DNA of 64,000 nt, from NCBI RefSeq assembly GCF_006345805.1, contig NC_043015.1, forward strand, positions 14,942,001 through 15,006,000, in the 5' to 3' direction. The first letter of the stretch is position 1. Each line of letters begins with the position of its first letter. Of the stretch, positions 1 to 10,321 are shown piece after piece. Made by a program: the position numbers and the translations under genes. Below the pieces are notes generated by a model. The model ran no database searches and was not told the DNA's origin. It saw only the letters and a program-made list of their open reading frames with translations. This stretch comes from Octopus sinensis (taxonomy: Eukaryota).

Positions 1-2663
1 TCCCCTCTCGACCTAGAATAACGTGGTGGTGGAACAATATTGTAGACAGGGCTATTAGAGAAAAGAGACAGGCTTGGAAGGTCTGGAAAAATGGGGGTAG
101 CAGGGAATTGTATCAGACTGCCAAAAGAGAAGCTAGAAGACAGGTTTATTTAGCCAGAGGGGAAGCAGATAAGAAAAATTTGCCAATGTTCTGCGCCGTG
201 AGGACCAAAGACTGGAGGTGTTTCGTGTTGCAAGACAGTGTGTGAGAGAGAATCGTGATGTGGTAGGAGAGAAGTGTGTTCGCATGGAAGATGGTTCACT
301 TGCGCTAAATGAGGATGCAAAGAGAGAGGTTTGGAGATGCCACTATGAAAGGTTGCTGAATGAAGAAAATGAATGGGATAAAGAGAGTCTGCCGAATGTT
401 GACCCAACAGAGGGACCAGCTATCCGAGTTGATAGTTCTGTGGTAGCTAAGGCAATTAGAAGCATGAAGACAGGGAAAGCCCCAGGCCCATCAGGAATCA
501 CTGCAGAGATGCTCAAAATGTCTGGTAGTGTCGGCTATAGCCTAGTCACCCATATAGTTAATCAGGTGATACACAAAGGGGTCATACCCAATGACTGGTG
601 TAGCAGTATAATAGTCAACTGCTACAAAGGTAAAGGTGATGCCCTAGATACAAATAACTACAGAGGTATCAAGCTGTTGGACCAGGTGATGAAGGTTACG
701 GAGAGGGTCATAGCCCAACTAATTAGAGAGAGAGTTAGTTTAGATGAGATGCAGTTTGGGTTTGTGCCAGGGAAAAGTACTACTGATGCTATATTCCTGG
801 TAAGGCAGCTGCAGGAGAAATACCTAGCCAAAGATAAGCCCCTGTACCTGGCTTTTGTTGACATGGAGAAAGCCTTCGACAGGGTCCCCCGATCCCTTAT
901 CTGGTGGGCAATGAGAAAACTAGGGATAGATGAATGGTTAGTGAGAGCTGTGCGGGCCATGTATAGGGACGCCGCTAGTAGGGTGAGGGTTGGAAATGAG
1001 TACAGTGAAGAATTCCGGGTAGAGGTAGGGGTCCACCAAGGCTCAGTACTCAGCCCCCTCCTATTTATCATAGTCCTCCAGGCAATAACGGAGGAATTCA
1101 AGACAGGATGCCCTTGGGAGCTCCTCTATGCTGATGACCTTGCTCTAATTGCTGAGTCGCTATCAGAACTGGAGGAGAAGTTTCAGGTGTGGAAACAAGG
1201 ATTAGAATCGAAGGGCCTCAGAGTCAATCTAGCTAAAACCAAAGTCGTAATCAGTAGGAAGGTAGACAAATCACAAACACCTTCAGGTAGATGGCCCTGC
1301 TCGATCTGTAGAAAAGGTGTAGGTAGAAACTCTATAAGATGCACCAAGTGTAAGCTATGGACACATAAGAGATGCAGCAATGTCAAAGGAAGGCTAACTA
1401 GGAAGATGGTTTTTGTATGTGGCAGATGCTCAGGAACAATAAACACTGAAAATGCTCTGAGACCAACTTCCGTCACTTTCCAGGGAGAAAAACTAGAAAT
1501 AGTTGATAGTTTCCGTTACCTAGGTGACCAAGTCAGCAGCGGGGGTGGGTGTGCTGAAAGTGTAACTGCTAGAGTAAGAATAGCTTGGGCAAAGTTCAGA
1601 GAGCTCTTACCTCTGCTGGTGACAAAAGGCCTCTCGCACAGAGTGAAAGGCAGACTGTATGATGCGTGTGTACGAACAGCCATGCTACATGGCAGTGAAA
1701 CATGGGCCGTGACTGCTGAGGATATGCGTAAGCTCGCTAGAAATGAAGCCAGTATGCTCCGATGGATGTGTAATGCCGGTACTCACACTCGGCAGAGTGT
1801 AAGTACCTTGAGAGAAAAGCTGGACCTAAGAAGCATCAGTTGTGGTGTGCAAGAGAGACGTTTGCGCTGGTATGGTCATGTGGCGAGAATGGATGAAGAT
1901 AGTTGTGTGAAAAAGTGCCACACCCTAGCGGTTGAGGGAACCTGTGGAAGAGGCAGACCCAGGAAAACCTGGGACGAGGTGGTGAAGCACGACCTTCGAA
2001 CTTTAGGTCTCACTGAGGAAATGACTAGAGACCGAGACCTCTGGAAGTGTGCTGTGCGCGAGAAGACCCGGCAGGACAAGTGAGTCCACAACCCGTGGCC
2101 TTCTACATGGGATGGGACACAAAACTCTACTTGTGAAGACGTGTTGAGGCAAGTGAGGATCAGAATCGAAATCGATCAATGGAAATTGCGGATGTGCTAC
2201 CAGTGCCGGTGGCATGTCAAAACTCTGTTTGTGAAGACCCATTGAGGCAAGTGAGGATCAGAATCGAAATCGATCAATGGAATCGATCAATGGAAATGCA
2301 GATGTGTTACCAGTGCCGGTGGCATGTAAGAGAACTTTCCGTTTCGCGACCGTTGCCAGCACCGCCCCGTTTCGTGTCCGTTGCCAGCCTCGCCTGGCCC
2401 TCGTGCCGGTGGCACATAAAAAGCACCATCCGTTCGTGGCCGTTTGCCAGCTCTGTCTGGCACCAGTGCGGGTGGCACGTAAAAAGCACCCACTACACTC
2501 ACGGAGTGGTTGGCGTTAGGAAGGGCATCCAGCCGTAGAAACACTGCCAGATTTGACTGGGCCTGATGAAGCCTTCTGGCTTCACAGACCCCAGTAGAAC
2601 CGTCCAACCCATGCTAGCATGGAAAACGGACGCTAAATGATGATGATGATGATGATGATGATG
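1..2663 (+). mobile_element. Young RTE-clade non-LTR retrotransposon (5' part runs off the window), with 3' UTR and (TGA)n tail
   Basis: ORF2-like coding from base 3 (PSRPRITWWW linker) to the stop at 2083. The 3' UTR carries the RTE tail motif TTAGGAAGGGCATCCAGCCGTAGAA (2517-2541) and ends in (TGA)n at 2638-2663. Confidence 0.93.
218..2083 (+). CDS. RTE ORF2: reverse transcriptase plus inserted PHD-type finger plus C-terminal domain (continues upstream across a 1-nt frameshift at ~174-178)
   Basis: 621-aa uninterrupted frame with RT motifs KAPGPSG, NYRGIKLL, QFGF, FVDMEKAFDRV, GVHQGSVLSPLLF and YADD (1127-1138), then FRYLG, LRWYGHV and GRPRKTW. Confidence 0.92.
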   Translation: MFRVARQCVRENRDVVGEKCVRMEDGSLALNEDAKREVWRCHYERLLNEENEWDKESLPNVDPTEGPAIRVDSSVVAKAIRSMKTGKAPGPSGITAEMLKMSGSVGYSLVTHIVNQVIHKGVIPNDWCSSIIVNCYKGKGDALDTNNYRGIKLLDQVMKVTERVIAQLIRERVSLDEMQFGFVPGKSTTDAIFLVRQLQEKYLAKDKPLYLAFVDMEKAFDRVPRSLIWWAMRKLGIDEWLVRAVRAMYRDAASRVRVGNEYSEEFRVEVGVHQGSVLSPLLFIIVLQAITEEFKTGCPWELLYADDLALIAESLSELEEKFQVWKQGLESKGLRVNLAKTKVVISRKVDKSQTPSGRWPCSICRKGVGRNSIRCTKCKLWTHKRCSNVKGRLTRKMVFVCGRCSGTINTENALRPTSVTFQGEKLEIVDSFRYLGDQVSSGGGCAESVTARVRIAWAKFRELLPLLVTKGLSHRVKGRLYDACVRTAMLHGSETWAVTAEDMRKLARNEASMLRWMCNAGTHTRQSVSTLREKLDLRSISCGVQERRLRWYGHVARMDEDSCVKKCHTLAVEGTCGRGRPRKTWDEVVKHDLRTLGLTEEMTRDRDLWKCAVREKTRQDK

Positions 2664-2664
2664 A

Positions 2665-3017
2665 GGAATGGCTGTGCACTGAGTCAATACCACTCACTAA
2701 GCAACAGTAGCCATAATCCGAAAAGAAGAACAAGTCAACATCATCCGTAACCACTGAGCCGCAGGTTTTATTTCAGAGTTATCCCAATTACCTGAGTTAC
2801 CTTCTCCTAGAAGGATGCCCTAACAACGGCTAGGAGTCCTTCACTCCCAATGGTTTAACCGCGCGATCAGGTATTCAGTCCAATTATTTCTATGTCCCTG
2901 CGCATGATACAGCCTTAAGACATTTATTGGATGACAGTTGACTCTCAAGAGTTCCTCCACCCTTTCACGGGCTTTGTTTTTCATCCCGCAGGGTGACCAA
3001 TAAACACCCTCCTCACC
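2665..3017 (-). mobile_element. Fragment resembling the 5' UTR of another RTE-clade element
   Basis: Minus strand has GGGCATCCTTCTAGGAGAAGGTAACTC...AAATAAAACCTG and GAAAGGGTGGAGG, motifs I recognise from RTE 5' UTRs. No ORF is left. Confidence 0.5.
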
Positions 3018-3104
3018 AAATTTTGGTAAACATATCTGTTAAAATGAGACAGTGTTATTTTCATTTTTGCATAATTTAGATGATAGTTTATTCACCTCAC
3101 ACTG
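3018..3104 (+). mobile_element. Solo right end of the maT-like element also seen at 12382-12948
   Basis: Visibly similar to 12862-12948 (TTTTGGTAAA...TGTTAAAATGAGA...TAATTTAGATGA...), followed by TA. Confidence 0.6.
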
Positions 3105-3829
3105 TATATATATATATATATATATCAATGAGATTGTAAGCTCTAACCACTGAGCCATGCGCCTTCACATACACGCACACACACACGCACACGCGTGCGC
3201 GCGCACACACACTCCACACACACACACACACAACACACACACATATTGCTAACTTTCTCATTGATAATGCTGTTCACTATCTATACTCGAATTCAATTCT
3301 CTCCCAAATAAATTGTACTTTATATCTGAGGCTCCAATGAATCTATAAGGTATTATTCAAGTACTCAACTATGAGTCTACTGCATCTTATAGCAGAAACA
3401 TCTGTAAGCTAATGCTGTTCATAAGATAACTGTTTATTTCTTTGACATCTCTTGTTCTCATGTGTGTGTATGTATGTTTGTACACATAATGTTTTAGCCA
3501 GATGTGAATCTCTTAAGTTGTTAAAACTATCTAAATATGTTTAATTGAGGTTAAGCTTACACAGATGTATAAAAAAAGTGATTAGCCCTTTAGCAAATTA
3601 ACAAAGAGAATTAGTCAGAAAAGTTTGCTTATTTATTGTAATGATTAAGTGTTAAATGGTGTCAGTTAAATTCTCAAGAGGAGTGTGAAGTGTAAGGCAA
3701 ATAAACAAAGACAATCTCTGCCAACCAGTGACAATACAGTCACAAAAATATGTGTAGAAGCATATCACCCCACCGTTCATGTCTCTTTGAGACATTTAGA
3801 AATTCAATATTTCTAAATATGTATATATG

Positions 3830-3886
<57 letters not shown>

Positions 3887-4013
3887 TTAGGGAGTATAAC
3901 TCCAAACTTGCAGGGGAAAATGATTTATGTTTATCATTGTTTGAATTACATAATAGTGATTTTTCTCTAATTTATATATATATATATATTATATATGTGA
4001 GTGTGTGTGTGTG

Positions 4014-4051
<38 letters not shown>

Positions 4052-4189
4052 ACATGTATACTTATGTATGTATATGTGTTTGTCTGTATACATATATATC
4101 TATTATGTTTATGTGTATATATTATATATATACACACATACATATATACATACATATAGATATAAGTGGAGTGGGGTATATGTACATCT

Positions 4190-4630
4190 TTTATCTCTTA
4201 CTGGTTTCACTCATTGGATTGCAGCAATGCTTGGCCAAGTCTTTGAAGTGTTCAGCCAAACAAATCAAGCCCAGTACTTATTCTAAGTCTGGTAATTATT
4301 CTATCAGTCCCTTCTACTGAAATGCAAAGTCCCATGTTTGTAAACAAACCAACACAGGTTGTCAAGCAATGGTGTGGGTACAAACACAAAAGCAAAGACA
4401 CACATACACACACATGCACTCACACACACACACACACACACACATACACACACACACACACATACACATACACACACATACACACACACACAAACACACA
4501 CACAGCTCCTTTTCAGCTCCTGTGAATCCAATCCACCCACAAGGCTTTCTTCGGCTCAAAGTTGTAGTGGGCGACACTTGTGCAAAGTGCCATGTAGTGA
4601 CACTGAACCTGAAACCATGAGAACCATGTG
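4190..4630 (-). mobile_element. Octopus-type tRNA-derived SINE (family A), expanded internal (CA)n
   Basis: Head, body and tail motifs shared with the copies at 5122, 9773 and 55072. Confidence 0.7.
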
Positions 4631-4898
4631 ATTGTAAAGAGAGCTTCAGAAGTACATAGACATGCCTGTGCCTACACCCCTTACCCCCACACACACATGC
4701 ACGCACGCACACACACACACACACAAGCACACACATACACACAAGCACACACATATACACACAGATGCACGCACATGCAATCACACACACACACATGCAC
4801 ACACACGCATGCATGCACTCACACATACACATGTACACAGAGTTACACACATGCACACGTCTTTTATCTTTTACTTGTTTCAGTCATTTTACTGTAGC

Positions 4899-5118
4899 CG
4901 TGCTTTGTGTCGTGTTTGTCCCCCGCCACCACTTGACAACCGGTGTTGGTGTGTTTATGTCCCTGTAAGCTAGTGGTTCATTAAAAGAGACTGATAGAAT
5001 AAGTACTAGGCTTTAAAAAACACAAGTCCTGGTGTGAAGTTGTTCAACTAAAACCCTACAAGGCAGTGCCCTAGCATGGCCACAGTTAAATGATTAAAAC
5101 AAGTGAAAGATAAAAGAT
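4899..5118 (+). mobile_element. SINE family A, 3' half (preceded by a short inverted tail piece at 4861-4898)
   Basis: TTTGTCCCC...GACAACCGGTGTTGG...GATAGAATAAGTACTAGGC...GCATGGCC...AAACAAGTGAAAGATAAAAGATA. Confidence 0.8.
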
Positions 5119-5121
5119 ATA

Positions 5122-5525
5122 CTCTTTACTCTTTTACTTGTTTCAGTCATTTGACTGTGGCCATGCTGGAGTACTGCCTTTAGTTGAGCAAATCAACCCC
5201 AGGACTTATTCTTTGTAAGCCTAGTATTTATTCTATTGGTCTCTTTTGCCGAACCACTAAGTTACGGGGACGTAAACACACCAGCATCGGTTGTCAAGTG
5301 ATGTTGGGAGGACAAACACAGACACACAAACATATACACATACATATATATATATGTATACATATATACGATGTGCTTCTTTTCAGTTTCCGTCTACCAA
5401 ATCCACTCACAAGGCTTTGGTCAGCCCGAGGCTATAGTAGAAGACACTTGCACAAGGTGCCACGCAGTAGGACTGAACCCTGATCCATGTGGTTGTTAAG
5501 CAAGCTACTTACCACACATCCACTC
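5122..5525 (-). mobile_element. SINE family A, near full length
   Basis: Reverse complement gives the tRNA-like head (GTGGTAAGTAGCTTG...GGGTTCAGTCC), body GGAAACTGAAAAGAAGC, internal (TA)n and tail AAACAAGTAAAAGAGTAAAGAG. Confidence 0.88.
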
Positions 5526-5965
5526 CTGCAACACTGAATATCCCAAACCTGAATATCAATATCTAAGTATTGTCCTAATCTAATTAAGTTATCCATGAAG
5601 AAAACTAAACAATACCAAAGTAAGCGATCCCCACAAACTATAAATCCAAAAACACTTTCCACTTTACAAGAATCAAGGACAACTCAGAATAACAAGACTA
5701 AGATATAGAAAAGTCACAATGAAGTAAAACATGTGCATCCCCATCATCAGCTGCTTAAATGGCTATCACTACAGTTTTGACACCATTCAATCCAGCAGTG
5801 TCTATAGTGTTAAAAACATAAATACTACCCAGGAATCCACCAGCTTATTGCAAGTAAGAACATAAGGATAAACAAATAGTAATAACTTATAGCTATAAAA
5901 TAGCATTTATATATCATATTTAGGCACAAATGTGGCTGTGTGGTAAGAAGCTTGTAAGGCATATA

Positions 5966-7258
5966 CGAGGGGCGTTCAATAAGTAATGCCCCTGACCCAC
6001 TTCCCATAGCAGTAGAGCAACGAAACTTGGCACAGTTATTAATCTTTTTCTACATAGGAACCATCCAGAGTTATGCATTTCTCCTGTCGTTTGATGCAGC
6101 TTTGGAGACCGTTTTTGTACAAGACCCCAGCTTGGTCCTCCAACCACGACATGACTTCAGAAATCAAGGCTGCATCATCTGGGAAATGCTTTCCTTTCAA
6201 AAACAACTTCATGGCTGGGAAGAGGTGAAAATCAGAGGGTGCAAGGTCAGGAGAGTAGGGGGGATGGGGAGGAGTTCATAGCCGCACACCTGTGCTTCTG
6301 ATCTGGCGACACGCGAGTTGCGGACCGGAGCGTTGTCCTGCAGGAGGAGGATGCCTTTGCTGATCTTGCCTCGCCTCTTGATTTTGATAGCTTCTCTTAA
6401 TTTCCTCAAAACTGAAGGATAATAGGCTCCTGTAATTGTGGTACCCTTTGCCAGGAAATCTGTCATCACTAATCCGTCCTGGTCCCAGAAGACTGAGAGC
6501 ATGACCTTGCCAGCGGAGGGCTGCACCCTTGCCTTCTTTGGAGGAGGTGAGTCACGGTGCTTCCACTGCATTGACTGGGCTTTGGTCTCTGAATCATAGT
6601 GATGGACCCAGGTTTCATCCTGTGTAATCAGTCTTTTGAAAAATTTTGACTCATCTTCTTGGCACATCTCCAAATTCATCCTCGAGCACTCGACGCGTTC
6701 TTGCTTCTGGAAAGGTGTGAGCAGCCTGGGAATCCATCTGGCAGACACCTTTTGCATATGCAAATGGTCATGAATAATAGTTTCCACAGACCCGGTACTA
6801 ATCTTGACCTCATGGGCTATTTGGCGAATAGTTATGCGTCGATCTTCCAAAATGGCAGCCTCAACTTGACGGACAGATGCCTCATCAATGGCAGAAGGGG
6901 GGGCGACCAGATCTGGGAGCTGTTTCCACAGAGTTCCGACCATGTTTGAATAAACGATGCCTTCGTTTTACAAGGTCATATGATGGGGCATCATCACCAT
7001 AAGTTACTTTCATTTCATCAAAAGTCTCCCATGGTGTGTGTCCTTTCAAATACAAAAACTGGACCACTGCTCGACACTCAACAGGCTCCATTTCACACTT
7101 GACTCAGTTCAAACACCTGTAAATCAGAAACCACAAGTATTTCAGAGCTGTAATTCACCACTTAATCTTTTGAGATAGGAATAATTGCACATGCAAAATT
7201 TCAGCTAGATCAAACAACTGCAAGTGGGTCAGGGGCATTACTTATTGAACGTCCCTCG
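5966..7258 (-). mobile_element. Full-length mariner (Tc1/mariner, DD34D) transposon, 1293 bp
   Basis: TIRs CGAGGGGCGTTCAATAAGTAATGCCCCTGACCCACT and its reverse complement (1 mismatch). TA target duplication at 5964-5965 and 7259-7260. Confidence 0.97.
6039..7091 (-). pseudogene. Mariner transposase with two 1-nt frameshifts
   Basis: HTH region, WIPRLL, DETWVHHY, DNAP...(H)PPYSPDLAPSD with D34D spacing after frame repair, and stop at 6039-6041. Indels lie in G runs at 6897-6903 (+1) and 6266-6269 (-1). Confidence 0.93.
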
Positions 7259-8089
7259 TATGGTCCATAAGGAGAAAATTGTAAGAGGCCAAGTGCCTCA
7301 TTTCAAGGACATGGTGCCATTTGAGGTAAGAGGCTTAGTGCCTCATTGTAAGGACCTTGAGTCCAAAAGAAATATTGGTAAGAGGTTTATTGCCTCAAAT
7401 TGTAAGTTCACAAAAGAACAACGTTTTAGAGAAGCAAAGATTGGTGGGCGTCTTTTGTCTTCTCTCATTAATACCATCTGGTGCATCATTCATCTCATTT
7501 CATTAATGTCTTTGTCTAGCCTGCAGCTTCTTCATCTGTGTACGGCTTTCATAGCCAATTTAATGAAATAAAGAAGCTTGCTTCCCAACCACATGGTTCA
7601 GGGTTCAGTCCCACTGCATGACACCTCAGACTGACCAAAGCCTTGTGAGTGAATTTGGTAGATGGAAACTGAAAGAAACCCATCATATATATACATATAT
7701 ATGAACATATGTGTGTTTGTGTGTATCTGTCCCCCCACCATCGCTTGACAACCGATGTTGGTGTGTTTATGTCCCCATAACTAAGCAGTTAAGCAAAAGA
7801 CAACAATAGAGTAAGTACATGGTTTTATTTTACTTTATTTTATTATTCATTTTATATCTTTCTTAATGGGCAGTTATTGAAAAACATTGTTTTACACATG
7901 ACACTCCAATGGTATTATATGAGCTATGATTTATAATTTAGTATGATAATTAATAAAAATATATATGTATGCTCTGCTTGTTTTCCTCATTGGACAGTGC
8001 CCATGCTGGGGCACTGCTTTGAAGGGTTTAGTCACTCATAAACAAACCAACAACAGTTGTTAAGAAGTGAGAGACAAGCACAAAAGCAT

Positions 8090-8195
8090 ACAGGTATGTA
8101 TGCATACATACATACATGCATACATACATACATACATACATACATACATACATACATACATACATACATACATACATACATACATACATACATAA
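8090..8195. repeat. (TACA)n microsatellite
   Basis: Direct reading of the sequence. Confidence 0.95.
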
Positions 8196-8559
8196 CACTG
8201 GATTTGATCCCATGTTTTGCCACATATTAATCTCAAGCCACATTTCAGTCAATAGTTTGAACATGTGCACAACTGAAATTTTATTCAATGAAAGGCCATT
8301 GTTCATGTGATAGTTCAGTGGTCCAACTAGAACTTTCTGTGAGTGGAGCCTATAAATACTGTGAAAGTGAGTGGAGTTGTGTTTTGCATCTCCTAATAGC
8401 TGTTCTCACGGTTGCATATTCAATCAAGGATTATCAAAGGAAACACATCACTGAACATTTACTCTGTATATATATATAAAAAAAACTAGCCTCTGTGTAA
8501 AGTTGCTGACAGAAACTTTCCCTACATGTTATATTACACTGTTTCATCCTATTGTTTCT

Positions 8560-9410
8560 ATTAATTGTATTACATGAACACCTTTCCTATTAATGTAACA
8601 AATAAATTATGTTGCAACACATAAAAAAAAAACTGTTAAATGTACACACACACGATTGTATTATCACTGACAGAATACAGTACTGCAGAGGTATATTCCA
8701 AGGAGACAACCTCTCTGTGATGCTTATACTTTCTGTAAACCCCTTGTCGTTCATGTTAAGTAAGTCTGAAGGGTATCTCACTGGTTCACAAGGAAATAGG
8801 AATACCAAAATTACACACTGTTCCTTTTGGATGACATGAAACTATATGCCAAGAATATGCATGAGGTGAAAAAGAGCCTTGACCTGATTGAAACATTCTT
8901 AAAGGATAAGGGTTGGAGTTTGGTCAGGATAGATGTTGCTATATGGTTGTGAAATGAGGAAAAATTGTAAACCAGATTAGCAGCATCTCCACCAATGACT
9001 TAACTGTTTCCCCTGTATCTCATGAGGAATGTTACAGGTGTCTAGGAGTTGATGAAAACATACCTTATGATGGCACCTGTAACAAAATATGTGTCACAAA
9101 AGAATATTACAGTTGAATAAAGAAAATGTGGACCTCAGTACTCTCTACATTCAATAAAACATTGGACCACAATGTGTTTGCAGTGCTACAATTCATACCA
9201 ACATTTGGGCTACTTGATTGGTCACTTGATGAGATCTGAGCTGTTCGTGTGAAAACTCAGAAGATACTAACAAGCACACATAATTTCTACATCGACAGCA
9301 TTGTAGACTGCCTCTACCTTAAAATGAAAACAAGGGGTAGAAGTTTAACATCGATCCAGTCTGCCTTTGAATGTCATATCATATCCCTTCATCAACATCT
9401 TTTAACCACC
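8560..9410 (+). mobile_element. Decayed R4/Dong-like non-LTR RT fragment
   Basis: RGIFQGDNLS, (Y)MDDMKLYAK and YRCLGVDE...KEYYS motifs with stops and frameshifts. Confidence 0.8.
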
Positions 9411-9772
9411 AAGTGTTGAAGTGCATTCCTTGACCAAGTTTGTATACACGAGATTGATAATTGTATGGAGTTTGCTTCCAAGCCACATTGTTCCAGGTTC
9501 AGTTTCACTGTGTGATACCTTTGACAAGTGTCTTCTACCACAGCTCAGGTTGACCAAAGTCTTCTTAGTAGATTGGGTAGAAGTAAAGTGAAAGACGTTT
9601 GTCATATATTCATGGTTTCTTAACCACACATCCTAACACAGCTAAACTTATACTTAAAGATTCAGCCAAAATAACACAAAAATACATTTATACAACATAT
9701 ACCACATAGATTACCAGCCATGATGTATATTTGAGTCTGAAACAGGAGCTCAAATTTAAATTCTGTGTATTC

Positions 9773-10010
9773 TTTTATTCTTTTACTTGTTTCAGTCATT
9801 TGACTGTGGCCATGCTGGAGCACTGCCTTTAATTGAGCAAATTGACCCCAGAGCTTATTGTTTGTAAGCCTAGTACTTATTCTATCGGTCTCTTTTGCTG
9901 AGCTGCTAAGTTACTGGGACGTAAACACAACAGCATCGGTTGTGAAGCAATGTTGGGGGTGGGTGCAAACACAGACACACAAACATATGCACACACACAC
10001 ACACACACAC

Positions 10011-10085
<75 letters not shown>

Positions 10086-10250
10086 GATGGCTTCTTTCAG
10101 TTTCCATCTACCAAATCCACTCACAAGGCTTTGGTCAGCCCAAGGCTATAGTAGAAGACACTTGCCCAAGGTGCCACGCAGTGGGACTGGACCCGGAACC
10201 ATGGGGTTGGTAAGCAAGCTACTTACCACACAGCCACTCCTATGCCTGTA
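9773..10250 (-). mobile_element. SINE family A, full length with (TA)n/(CA)n core
   Basis: All family-A blocks present in order. Confidence 0.9.
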
Positions 10251-10321
10251 TCATCAACATCATTGGCTGTGAAATGATGATGATGATAATGATGATGAAC
10301 ACACACACATACATACACATA

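Larger units (their letters stand above)
5921..7815 (+). mobile_element. SINE family A copy split by a nested insertion (head 5921-5954, remainder 7571-7815)
   Basis: Head GGCTGTGTGGTAAGAAGCTTG stops at 5954. The sequence resumes as AAGAAGCTTGCTTCCCAACCACATGG at 7571. Confidence 0.85.

Noticed and set aside
658-2242. Antisense ORFs over the RTE ORF2
   Set aside because: Shadows of the LINE coding frame.
2179-2538. 119-aa Cys-rich ORF with an internal repeat after the RT stop
   Set aside because: It lies in the duplicated 3' UTR, and its periodicity mirrors the DNA duplication.
3937-4973. Many ORFs rich in Y/I/C/V/M/H/T (also near 8, 10, 13, 17, 46-49 and 53 kb), including 270-aa and 257-aa ORFs
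   Set aside because: Translations of (TA)n, (TG)n and (TACA)n microsatellites that lack stops; there is no coding signal.
5921-5954. tRNA-like heads of SINE families A and B (also ~3127-3167, 19815, 56881)
   Set aside because: A/B-box-like motifs only, with no complete cloverleaf; these are SINE heads, not tRNA genes.
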